64,000 nt of DNA from Spirochaetia bacterium. GTDB taxonomy: Bacteria; Spirochaetota; Spirochaetia; DSM-2461. Of this stretch, positions 19,712-28,334 are shown in pieces; position 1 is the stretch's first letter; every line of letters begins with the position of its first letter. The translations under genes were made by a program, and so were the position numbers. The notes beneath the pieces were generated by a model. The model made no database searches and was not told the origin of the DNA. It was given only the letters and a program-made list of their open reading frames with translations. The DNA lies in assembly GCA_963668315.1 (NCBI GenBank), contig OY764216.1, forward strand, positions 3,616,001 through 3,680,000, read 5' to 3'.

Positions 19712-20651
19712 CCCTGTCCTCCTCCCTGGCGAAATCAAGCTTGAGCCTTTTTCCGGACTTCCTGTTCAGCATATCCGTATAAGTGCGGGCTATTTTCAGA
19801 TACTTGTCAATGCGCCTGTCGTCATTCATGGGCTCATGATGATATATCATCAGCCTTTTAATATCAAATTCCTGCGCGAATTCCACGGCCATGCTGTAGG
19901 AAGAGTGGCCCCAGCTCATCTTTTCTATCGCCTCGCCCAGATCGTACTGCCCGTCCATGACAAGAAGATCGGCCCCTTGAAAGAAAGCTCTGTTTCTCCG
20001 GGTTTTCTTGAAATTCCTGTCTTCCAGCTCCGTATCGGTGGAAAAAATAAAAGTCCCCTTCCCCTCCTCTATCCGGTAAGCGATGGAGCCGTCGGGATGA
20101 TTTCTCTTGATCCAGTCTATCCGGGCGGAGCCGATCCGGGTCGACTCTTTTTCCAGCCGGTGAAAATGGATATCCGCACCGAAAGCATCGAAGGGAACGG
20201 GATGATAGGGCTTTCTGAAGAATTCCCTGATAATCCGTTCCATCTGGGAATAGGGACTATAGAAATGAACCGTATTATCCGGATTATAGAGGGGCGCGAA
20301 ATAGGGCATCCCGATAAGATGGTCATAATGGAAATGGGTCAGGAAAATATGATAGGTACGAATCTGGTCACCTTCGGCGGAAAGACTTTCATAGAGGGAG
20401 CGCAGACCGGTCCCGCAATCCAGGACAAGAAGTGTGTTATCTTCCAGCCTGACTTCCACACAGGCCGTGTTACCCCCGGTGGTGGATTTCAGATAGTGGG
20501 GAAGTCCGGCGATAAATTTTTCCTTCGCCTGGGGAGTTTCCAGATCCTCCGGTGTAAGCCTCTGAAGGATCGAGCTGATTTTCCCGGTAATTTCCACCGG
20601 CCTTAAAGGAGTGGGGCATGAGCCGCGCACCCCCCAAAATTTAATAATCAT
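19701..20651 (-). CDS. MBL-fold metallo-hydrolase (FWGVRGS.P family)
   Basis: FWGVRGS, GGNTACVE, LDCGTG, THFHYDH, STDTE, WGHS, HHEP. Confidence 0.88.
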   Translation of the reverse strand: MIIKFWGVRGSCPTPLRPVEITGKISSILQRLTPEDLETPQAKEKFIAGLPHYLKSTTGGNTACVEVRLEDNTLLVLDCGTGLRSLYESLSAEGDQIRTYHIFLTHFHYDHLIGMPYFAPLYNPDNTVHFYSPYSQMERIIREFFRKPYHPVPFDAFGADIHFHRLEKESTRIGSARIDWIKRNHPDGSIAYRIEEGKGTFIFSTDTELEDRNFKKTRRNRAFFQGADLLVMDGQYDLGEAIEKMSWGHSSYSMAVEFAQEFDIKRLMIYHHEPMNDDRRIDKYLKIARTYTDMLNRKSGKRLKLDFAREEDRVEL

Positions 20652-20679
20652 ATATTCACCACTATCAATATAACGGACT

Positions 20680-21117
20680 TTATTCAGAAATCAAAGTCTG
20701 ATTGATTCTTTTTTCAAGCCAGCGTTCTATCTCTTCCCTGCTGTGCACCTTTCCCTTTCCTATTCCCGGGCAATACTTCTTTTCGTCTTCCCAGTACTGC
20801 CGGCTCTCCACAATCATGGGCCAGAAAGGGTAACTGCGGCACTGGAAAGGCCTGGCTTCATACACGGTACACCCGGCTTCCCCCCAGAAAATACAGTCGT
20901 TATTCGTTTTTTCCTTTATGCTGATTCGTTTTTCAATGCCGAGATCAGCCACTTTGCAGTATTCACGGATAAACTCCGCCCGTCCCAGCCCTGTTTTCTC
21001 AAGAAGGGCTTCGAGATCCTCCTCGGATAAAAAAACATATCCCGGCTCATTCCGGCAGCAGTAACTGCACTGCTGGCACTCAAAACACAATCCTTTTTCA
21101 TAAAAGGGTTCCGCCAT
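20680..21117 (-). CDS. YkgJ-family CxxCxxCC cysteine-cluster protein
   Basis: CQQCSYCC, CIF...C.VY.ARP.QCRSYPFW, CPGIG; start behind GGAGG. Confidence 0.88.
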   Translation of the reverse strand: MAEPFYEKGLCFECQQCSYCCRNEPGYVFLSEEDLEALLEKTGLGRAEFIREYCKVADLGIEKRISIKEKTNNDCIFWGEAGCTVYEARPFQCRSYPFWPMIVESRQYWEDEKKYCPGIGKGKVHSREEIERWLEKRINQTLISE

Positions 21118-21207
21118 ACTAACCTCCCGGCGGACATAACAGACCGGGGAACTTAAAGAGTATCCCCCGGGATGCAGCCGCCGTACTCCGGACTTAACCG
21201 TTAATCG

Positions 21208-21237
21208 AAAAAAAAGGGTCTTCCTAAGAAGACCCTT
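21208..21237 (-). terminator. Intrinsic terminator after tRNA-Tyr
   Basis: AAGGGTCTTC-ttag-GAAGACCCTT running into a T tract on the minus strand. Confidence 0.85.
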
Positions 21238-21241
21238 AATA

Positions 21242-21322
21242 TGGGGAGAGAAGGATTCGAACCTTCGAAGCCGAAGCAACAGATTTACAGTCTGCCCCCT
21301 TTGACCGCTCGGGAACCTCCCC
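21242..21322 (-). tRNA. tRNA-Tyr (GTA)
   Basis: Cloverleaf GGGGAGG...GCAGA-CTGTAAA-TCTGT, long variable arm, GGTTCGAATCC; CCA not encoded. Confidence 0.96.
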
Positions 21323-21349
21323 GTAATATTTTCATAGCCTAAGCTGTCG

Positions 21350-21423
21350 AGCCAACTGTCAGATTCGAACTGACGACCCCGAGATTACAAGTCACGTGCT
21401 CTGGCCAGCTGAGCTAAGTTGGC
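21350..21423 (-). tRNA. tRNA-Thr (TGT)
   Basis: GCCAACT acceptor, GCTC/GAGC D arm, loop CTTGTAA, GTCAG-TTCGAAT-CTGAC. Confidence 0.95.
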
Positions 21424-21451
21424 ATCACCGCCGTTCTTGGCGACGAGCGTT

Positions 21452-21480
21452 AATATAACGGGATTTAAAAAAAGAGTCAA
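21452..21480 (-). promoter_or_regulatory. sigma70 promoter of the tRNA-Thr/tRNA-Tyr pair
   Basis: TTGACT, 17 nt, TATATT; A/T tracts upstream (UP-element-like). Confidence 0.75.
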
Positions 21481-21518
21481 TAAGGATTCAAAAAAAAGTA
21501 AAAAAGTTTTTTTTGCCC

Positions 21519-22184
21519 CTATGACTGTATGATCGTATCTTCAAAATAGGCGTACAGTTTCTTCCCGCCAACCCCAAGAGAAATGACCGGTTCCACCGTA
21601 AAAGCCCCCCATTCGGGGATCAGAAGATCCTTATCGGGCCGGCTGTATATATAGTCACTATCCTGGTGCAGACTCATTCCTATACCGTGCCCTCCGCAAT
21701 CAGGCACAAGAGAGCAGGGAGTTCCTTCGAGAAATCTTTCCAGCCTGTTCGAGACAGAGACAAACGGGACGCCCCCGGTGCTGGCTTCTTTTACCAGTAG
21801 AAACGCCTTTCTGGCGGCATGGAGCAGAACTCTTCTTGATTCGTCAACCCTGCCGACAGCGAGGGAGACAGCCCTGTCGGCCCACAGCCTGTTCAGACGG
21901 AGAGAACAGTCAAGGGTGACAATTTCACCTTTTTTAACCCGCCGTTCATCGGGAGAACAGTGAAAAGGTTCTTCCTCGGGGATCAATTCCAGATTAAGGG
22001 ATCGATAGGGCGGCAGAAGGCTTTCCAGCTCCTGGCGGACATCACCGAAAGTCCTTCCTTCAACGAGAAGTTCCGGAGCCTTGAGAAAGATCTTTTCAAT
22101 AATCCGCCTCCCCTCTTCCATTTCCGAATAATCATCCGGTTCTCCCCAGATCATACCTGCCAGCCTGTTATAATTATCGCTCAT
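21519..22184 (-). CDS. Short M24 / methionine aminopeptidase-like protein
   Basis: H..P, GEIVTLD, AD, GGHGIG..LH, FTVEP, FEDTI metal-ligand pattern. Confidence 0.72.
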   Translation of the reverse strand: MSDNYNRLAGMIWGEPDDYSEMEEGRRIIEKIFLKAPELLVEGRTFGDVRQELESLLPPYRSLNLELIPEEEPFHCSPDERRVKKGEIVTLDCSLRLNRLWADRAVSLAVGRVDESRRVLLHAARKAFLLVKEASTGGVPFVSVSNRLERFLEGTPCSLVPDCGGHGIGMSLHQDSDYIYSRPDKDLLIPEWGAFTVEPVISLGVGGKKLYAYFEDTIIQS

Positions 22185-22259
22185 ATTTTTTTATCGTGAT
22201 AAAAGTCCCCTTCATAAAGAACTCTTGATAAAATCAACTCCTTAGGGTACATTGATCCC

Positions 22260-23216
22260 GTGAGAAAACGGATTTTTTGCTGCTTAATTTTTGTCATATC
22301 CGCCCTGCTTTCTGCGGAAGAATTCCGGAACATGGCTCTTTTTTCGGGGGACGACCCATCGATTCTGCTCAATTCCCGTGAAGACATGGAAAGAAATTAC
22401 CTTCTGAGCCCCTGGCCCTGGGACAGGGAGAATACAGATTTCACGCTGAACGACTCTTTGACGGATATCGTTCTTAACATAGCACCCGGCGATTTTCATC
22501 CGGAGGGAACGGAGATACTGTTTCTCGAGCGTCTGAATCGCCTCTGGCCCGGAAGAGTGTCCTCCTCGCTTCAGATAAGTGAATCCCAGCTCGACGACGA
22601 TGAGACGGCTGACATCATAAAAGCCATAGAGGAGAATCTTCTTCCCCTTTATGACTCAGGAATCTTTGATGAAGTGATTTGGGATTTGAATGTCAGCCCA
22701 GAAAGAGAGGAGCTCGTTAATTTTTCCAAGATTATCGCCGTACTCAGGGCAAAGGACAGAAGCGTCCCCTATATTTATGCCTTAAGCAGAGAGGAAAAAC
22801 CCCTCCCCCCCCTCTGGGAGTCGGCCGACGGATTCATCATAAAAGCCTATGACTTCTCCGGACGTCATTCAACCTATGAGAATGCCGAGGAATCGGTGGT
22901 AAACTTCATACGCCGCAAGGGCAAGTCTCCGGCGGAACTGATCCTCTCTATTCCCTTGTACGGCAGGAAGTACCGGAGCTCCGATCCTGAGTACTGGGTG
23001 AAACAGCTGCCCTACAGGGAAATTGTCGAAGACTACTATCCCGGAAGGGATGTCAATGAAGAGGATAATTACTATTTTAACGGTCCCGATATGGCGGAAC
23101 GGAAAACAAGACTGGCCAGGGATAAAGAACTCAAAGGCGTCGCTCTTTATCCCTATGAATGGGACAGCCGGGGCCCCTATTCTCTCAAGGAAGCCCTTTC
23201 CGTTTTACCCGACTGA
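22260..23216 (+). CDS. Secreted GH18 (chitinase-fold)-like protein, catalytic motif degenerate
   Basis: Signal peptide; AYD, L.L.IPLYGR, FNG....RK..LA....LKGV; FDEVIWDLN in place of DxxDxDxE. Confidence 0.65.
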   Translation: MRKRIFCCLIFVISALLSAEEFRNMALFSGDDPSILLNSREDMERNYLLSPWPWDRENTDFTLNDSLTDIVLNIAPGDFHPEGTEILFLERLNRLWPGRVSSSLQISESQLDDDETADIIKAIEENLLPLYDSGIFDEVIWDLNVSPEREELVNFSKIIAVLRAKDRSVPYIYALSREEKPLPPLWESADGFIIKAYDFSGRHSTYENAEESVVNFIRRKGKSPAELILSIPLYGRKYRSSDPEYWVKQLPYREIVEDYYPGRDVNEEDNYYFNGPDMAERKTRLARDKELKGVALYPYEWDSRGPYSLKEALSVLPD

Positions 23217-23218
23217 TC

Positions 23219-24454
23219 TCAGGCTCCGGTACCGGCGAATTCCTTGACCTGCCGTGCTAGTTCCCGGCCGGCTTCCTTTATCCTTTTTATATCCTCATCG
23301 GTGGGGCATCCCTGAAATTCGACACTCTCCATGATGTCCCAGCCGGCCTTTTCGGTCCGCGCCCTGAAATCCTTCTCTGCTCCGCCGACCCATCCGAAGG
23401 AACCGACCCGCAGGACTTTCTTGTTCTTGACCTTCTTAACCATCAGGTCCTCGATGACAGCAGCCATGGGAGGGAACATCTTGTATTCGTAGGTGGGCAT
23501 GGCAAAGACAAGCCCCGCCGATTTCCAGGCCGAAGCCAGAATATAACCTATCTCTTCCTGGGGGACACGGAATACACACACATTGACACCCTCTTCTTTG
23601 ATAGCGTGGATAAGGGGCGCCACGGATTTCTCCGTGTTGCCGTACATGGATGCCCACACGAGGCAGACTTCCGGTTCGGCCGGCCCCTTGGCGTAAGAGG
23701 CGTAGCGGCTGTAATGACCTATGATGCGGCCCGGATCCTTCCGCCAGACGATTCCGTGAGAAGGGGCGATGACCTTGATATCCAGGGGGGCGAGTTTGGC
23801 GATGGCCTTTTCCACGAACAGTGAGAAAGACGCGACAATATTGGCATAATACCTGAGGGCTTCCTGCTCATAAAAAGCAGCCCGTTCTTCGGAGAGCTGG
23901 TCATCGAAGACTTCCTGATCCACCTTTCCGTAGGACCCGAATGCGTCACAGGAGAAAAGGGTCTTCTCCGAATCCAGCCATGTCGCCATCGTTTCGGGCC
24001 AGTGAACATTGGGCACCATGAAGAAGGTAAGAACCTGTCCCTGCCCGAGGTCGAGGGTATCCCCGTCCTTAACCGCATCAATCCTGTCCTCGGGAATGGA
24101 AGAGAACTGCTGAAGCAGGGGGACGGCCTTCTCGGAACAGATGAATCGGGCCTTGCTGTTCTTGCCGGCGAACTCCTTAAGCATGCCCGAATGATCAGGC
24201 TCCATATGATTGACGATTATATAGTCCAGATCCTCAGGGGATACTCCCGTCTGCTCAATCTGACGATTGAGGTCTGCCATCAGGGCGGACATTTCCTGCG
24301 TCATATCGATCAGAGCCGTTTTATCACCCTTCACAAGATAACTGTTGATGCTGACTCCGTCCGGGACAGGCCACAAGCCTTCAAACAGATATCCCGGTTC
24401 ATTTATATTTACGCCGAGCCTGTAGACGGGGCCGTTCATTTTCGTTATATTCAT
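23219..24454 (-). CDS. fprA: Flavodiiron protein (FprA family)
   Basis: NHMEPDHS, HWPE, FSCDAFG, IAPSHG, flavodoxin SMYGNTE, GSFGW. Confidence 0.93.
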   Translation of the reverse strand: MNITKMNGPVYRLGVNINEPGYLFEGLWPVPDGVSINSYLVKGDKTALIDMTQEMSALMADLNRQIEQTGVSPEDLDYIIVNHMEPDHSGMLKEFAGKNSKARFICSEKAVPLLQQFSSIPEDRIDAVKDGDTLDLGQGQVLTFFMVPNVHWPETMATWLDSEKTLFSCDAFGSYGKVDQEVFDDQLSEERAAFYEQEALRYYANIVASFSLFVEKAIAKLAPLDIKVIAPSHGIVWRKDPGRIIGHYSRYASYAKGPAEPEVCLVWASMYGNTEKSVAPLIHAIKEEGVNVCVFRVPQEEIGYILASAWKSAGLVFAMPTYEYKMFPPMAAVIEDLMVKKVKNKKVLRVGSFGWVGGAEKDFRARTEKAGWDIMESVEFQGCPTDEDIKRIKEAGRELARQVKEFAGTGA

Positions 24455-24457
24455 ATT

Positions 24458-24946
24458 TTACTCTCCTTTTAGTAGTATTTTATCTATTTCACGGGAAAAG
24501 GAAAGACCGAATTCCCTGTTTTTCCTATCCGGCCGATCTTTTTTCCTGTAACGGGACAGAGAGCCGGAATTATAGAGGACTTCCATAATATTCCTCTCTT
24601 CGATCCGCTTTTCAAGCCATTCCCCTTCAAAAACACGACCGTCGAAGTTCATGGTGCGGATTCCTTTCGCCAGTGTCCTCCGGGCAAGAAGGAAGTCCTT
24701 TGTCAGAACAAGATCATCCGGCCCCGCGGAGGACAGGATGAAATCATCGGCACTCTCCTTTTCACCGGACACCCGTTCAAAGAGAATCCCCTCTCCTTCC
24801 GGCAGGGGGATTTCTCTATTGGCCGCGAAAACGGCCCGGCAGGGACGGCCCTCTTTTCGGAGAAGGAGGATTTTCTCGGAAACAATAGTCCTTACGGCGG
24901 AAGGACAGGAATCGCTGTCCACCCACACGGTAAAATCAGGAAGCAT
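24458..24946 (-). CDS. YaiI/YqxD (DUF188, PIN-like) protein
   Basis: WVDSDSCP, SADD.I, DLV.T.D..LA; start overlaps manA stop region. Confidence 0.78.
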   Translation of the reverse strand: MLPDFTVWVDSDSCPSAVRTIVSEKILLLRKEGRPCRAVFAANREIPLPEGEGILFERVSGEKESADDFILSSAGPDDLVLTKDFLLARRTLAKGIRTMNFDGRVFEGEWLEKRIEERNIMEVLYNSGSLSRYRKKDRPDRKNREFGLSFSREIDKILLKGE

Positions 24947-26078
24947 CCTTTTTAACCGTAGCCCAGTAGAGAGTTCCCCGGCCTTCAAGATCCACGGGCT
25001 CCTTACCCGCTTCAATAAAAACCGTTTCCCCCTTTCCCGCCTTAATCGCCTCGTTTCCCGAAAGGAGGGTAATCTCTCCGTCAAAGACCAGCACGATGGA
25101 AGCTTCGCCGCCCGTATCAAGCCTGCCCTTTCCCTCTATCGCCTTTTCTCCCAGAACAAATTCGTCCGCTCCGGAGAAATAGAGATCGTCCGTTCCCTTC
25201 TTCAGGATTTCCACAGGCGAGTGTTCAAAGCGCACGACCTTGCCCAACTCTTCCAGATCCATATATTTGGGAGTAAGACCGCCCCTCAGTACATTATCCG
25301 AATTGGCCATCAGCTCGATTCCCACGCCGCTCAGGTAAGCATGCAGCTCTCCGGCAGGCAGAAACAGAGCCTCTCCCTTATCCAGCTCCACAATATTAAG
25401 GAAAAGAGGGGCCAGAGCGGAGATGTCTCCGGGATAAAACGTCATCAGCTTTTTTACCCAGCGGACGGCAAGATCCTCATCGCCCAGGCGGGAGGCTTCC
25501 TCAAGAAGCCGATCCTTGATTTCCCGGTTCAGCCCCATAAGGGAGAAGTAGAAGTCCCGGATCGTACCGCCCTCAAAGAGATTCACGGCAGATGCGGATG
25601 GTAAGATCGAAAAATTCCTTTTGATCTCTTCGTAGGGGCGGAACCCTTTCATGGCCGTATAGGCTTCCACCGCGCAGATGATTTCAGGCTTGTGGTTGTC
25701 ATCCCTGTAATTACGGTTAAAGGCATTCACATCAATACCCAGGCGGTTTTCCCTGTCAAAACCCTCTTCCGCCTGATTTTTGGAAGGATGCACCTGAATG
25801 GAAAGGGGCTCTTCCACAGCCAGAACCTTAAAAAGAAAGGGAAGCCTTCCGTAGCGGGAATAGGTTTTCTCGCCTAAGAGCTTCGTTCCCTCCTCTGCGA
25901 TCATCCCGTCGAGGGGCCTGCTGTCCTCCAGACGGATGGAGGGGGCCTTGGGATGGGCTCCCATCCAAAGCTCGGCCCAGGGGGCGTTATCGGGATTTTC
26001 TTCCGCTAAAAAAAGGGGAAGCCAATCCTTTCTTCCCCATTTGTACTCTTGAACACTGTTTTTAATCTTAAACATCAT
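24936..26078 (-). CDS. manA: Mannose-6-phosphate isomerase class I
   Basis: Y.WG, AELWMGAHP, LPFLFKVL, LSIQVHP, NHKPE, HAYL.G, ELMANSDNVLRGGLTPK. Confidence 0.96.
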   Translation of the reverse strand: MMFKIKNSVQEYKWGRKDWLPLFLAEENPDNAPWAELWMGAHPKAPSIRLEDSRPLDGMIAEEGTKLLGEKTYSRYGRLPFLFKVLAVEEPLSIQVHPSKNQAEEGFDRENRLGIDVNAFNRNYRDDNHKPEIICAVEAYTAMKGFRPYEEIKRNFSILPSASAVNLFEGGTIRDFYFSLMGLNREIKDRLLEEASRLGDEDLAVRWVKKLMTFYPGDISALAPLFLNIVELDKGEALFLPAGELHAYLSGVGIELMANSDNVLRGGLTPKYMDLEELGKVVRFEHSPVEILKKGTDDLYFSGADEFVLGEKAIEGKGRLDTGGEASIVLVFDGEITLLSGNEAIKAGKGETVFIEAGKEPVDLEGRGTLYWATVKKDAS

Positions 26079-28284
26079 TTCTCTCTATCTTTTTTAATCT
26101 GCTCTTGTACAGCTCCAGAAATTTCCACTGCAAAACGGGAACATCCTTGATATTCTCCCTGGACAGGGAGTAACACAGGCAGGGTTCGCCGTCTTCCACT
26201 TCCACTTCCGCTCGTATTCTATCTTTTTCTGTAAGAAGTGTCAAAACGGATTGAAGGCCGAAAGGATCCCCCCGGTTCAGCTTTTCCACCACTTTATCGC
26301 CGTAGTAGAGCGTCAGGGAGCCTTTCTTTACAAGAAACAGCCGGTCATCATCCTCGGGGATAACAAGACGTCCCTCCAGAGTTTCCATTACCATTGCTTC
26401 CAGGATATGATTCATCTGCATATAGGAGAGTTCGCTGCCCACTTTGGTGTGATCCAGAATGAAGTGGCGCTTCTCCTGGAGATTCATCAGATCATTGACC
26501 ATGTCGGAACGATTGATAAACTGAAGAAAAAGGGGCGCCGAGATTTTCAGAACCGTAACATAGCAGCTGGTCCTGAAGGTTCCCTCATGGGGTGTTTTCT
26601 GAAGGACTTCCATCTCTCCCAGAAGGCTTCCCACCGAGCGATAACTGGTAATATTCTCTTCCGAATTGATATATTCAACAAATCCGGCCAGCACAAGATA
26701 GACACAGTCGGCCAGTTCATCCTTTCCCATGAGTATTGTCCCGGGCGGATAGGTGACCCGATGGGAATTCATGAGCAGTTCCCTGTCCTGAAAGGGCGTA
26801 TGGGGAAAATAGTGCTTAAGAAGCATGCGGGCCAGCATCTCGGTATAATTCACCCGGGCAGGAATAAGCACGTCCTGCTGGCCGAAAGCGGCGTTGTTGC
26901 CGATCTCCTTCTCTTCCGCCGTAGGAGCCCAGTCGGTATGGCTGATAAGCAGCTTGTTGCTCGCGTCATTTTTAAAGTCGTCGGCGTTTCCGTGTACCAG
27001 GCCCCTGCCGCAATCGATTTTCTTCAGATCGCATTTCCTGTCATAACCTTTCCATATTTTTTCAAAGAATTCCCTGCTGATTCCTTCTTCATGATTCGGG
27101 GCCGTAGCGCTCTCAAGGACCTTTTTTCCGATGATGTCGGCGAGGTGGCCGTAAACGGCTTCGCCGTACTCACCGTAAGCCCTGAAATAGAAAATGGTGG
27201 TTTCCAGGGGATGGGGCGAATAGAGGGGTTTTACATCCAGGCCGAAAATATCGTTCCACTTATCCATTTCCAGATCGTGAATCCTGAAAAAAGTCTGGAA
27301 GGCCGACTCATCCGTACCGGTCAGGGCGGAGAATTTTTTCTGAACCGTATGCCTCACCGGCGTGGTGGCGTAATAGTTAATCCGGTGCCCCGTCTGAAAT
27401 AGGGAGGTCAGCCCGGCGAAATGGTCATCATGGGCATGGGTCTGGAAGATACCGTCGATCTGGCTGTTGCAGATTCCCAGGGATTTGAGGATTTTATCGA
27501 TATGGGGGCCGGCGTCTATCAGATAGATCTTATCCTGAAAAGTGATGATTGATCCCATGCAGGTCCGGGTCTCATCCCAGCCGTTACCCTCTCCGCAGTG
27601 TACAACGGAAAAATACTCCCGGTTGATCCGATGGAAACCGAGGTCAAAGGTAGTCCCGTACTCCTCGTCCTCTTTCAGGTTAAGGTCTACGGTCACCGAC
27701 TCTCCCTTGTAGGAGAATATGTAACGGTTAAGATCCTCCCTCCGGACAGTCACACCGTTCCGTATCTCCCTCTCATCCTCACCGATAATCAGACCGTCTA
27801 TCAGTTCATTCGTACTGGAGACGTCCCCTCCGTTGAAATAGAGTTTCAACCTCCAGTGCTGGTCCAGCAAGTCACCCTTGTAACCGGCTTCCACCAGCTC
27901 ATCCAGAGTACACAGCCCGGTATTCCCCCGGAAAATATAATTCTGCTGGGCCAGGACCTGTTCCATATTCCCCATGATCAGAGGCCTGTAGCCCTTTTCA
28001 CTGTTGGGATGGCCGGGAATGCCCATTCCCTGCTTATAAATCATATGAAGAACCGGAAATTCCGATAGATTGGAAAAACTCCCGTTCTGCGTGGATAAAT
28101 CGGAAAGAAGGATGACGTTGGGCCCGTATTCGTAATAGTGACCGTCGATTTCCGACGGCTTGAGAAATCCTTTGGCCTTCAAATGCTTGATACTGTCCAT
28201 GGGCGACCCGCACAGAATACGCAGGTCAGCCTCTTTGACTTCAACCCACTGAATGCCGGTAGATACAAAATATTTCTCAATCAT
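26068..28284 (-). CDS. MBL-fold hydrolase fused to two cyclic-nucleotide-binding domains
   Basis: LIDAGP, THAHDDH, PHPLET; two cNMP-like domains (YLV..G.VE...LLGE; FLV..G.L...GDPFG). Confidence 0.78.
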   Translation of the reverse strand: MIEKYFVSTGIQWVEVKEADLRILCGSPMDSIKHLKAKGFLKPSEIDGHYYEYGPNVILLSDLSTQNGSFSNLSEFPVLHMIYKQGMGIPGHPNSEKGYRPLIMGNMEQVLAQQNYIFRGNTGLCTLDELVEAGYKGDLLDQHWRLKLYFNGGDVSSTNELIDGLIIGEDEREIRNGVTVRREDLNRYIFSYKGESVTVDLNLKEDEEYGTTFDLGFHRINREYFSVVHCGEGNGWDETRTCMGSIITFQDKIYLIDAGPHIDKILKSLGICNSQIDGIFQTHAHDDHFAGLTSLFQTGHRINYYATTPVRHTVQKKFSALTGTDESAFQTFFRIHDLEMDKWNDIFGLDVKPLYSPHPLETTIFYFRAYGEYGEAVYGHLADIIGKKVLESATAPNHEEGISREFFEKIWKGYDRKCDLKKIDCGRGLVHGNADDFKNDASNKLLISHTDWAPTAEEKEIGNNAAFGQQDVLIPARVNYTEMLARMLLKHYFPHTPFQDRELLMNSHRVTYPPGTILMGKDELADCVYLVLAGFVEYINSEENITSYRSVGSLLGEMEVLQKTPHEGTFRTSCYVTVLKISAPLFLQFINRSDMVNDLMNLQEKRHFILDHTKVGSELSYMQMNHILEAMVMETLEGRLVIPEDDDRLFLVKKGSLTLYYGDKVVEKLNRGDPFGLQSVLTLLTEKDRIRAEVEVEDGEPCLCYSLSRENIKDVPVLQWKFLELYKSRLKKIERNDV

Positions 28285-28334
28285 AGGATAAATATAGTTT
28301 ATTTTTTTTAATTTTTACACTACATTTTAACAAT

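Noticed and set aside
21128..21183. Hairpin as SRP RNA or 6S RNA
   Set aside because: Lacks the SRP helix-8 CAGG...GGAA...AGCAG motif and is too short for 6S; kept only as an unknown leader
21242..21519. tRNA pair as possible island integration site
   Set aside because: No integrase and no duplicated tRNA 3' end seen; the A/T tracts fit a promoter UP element
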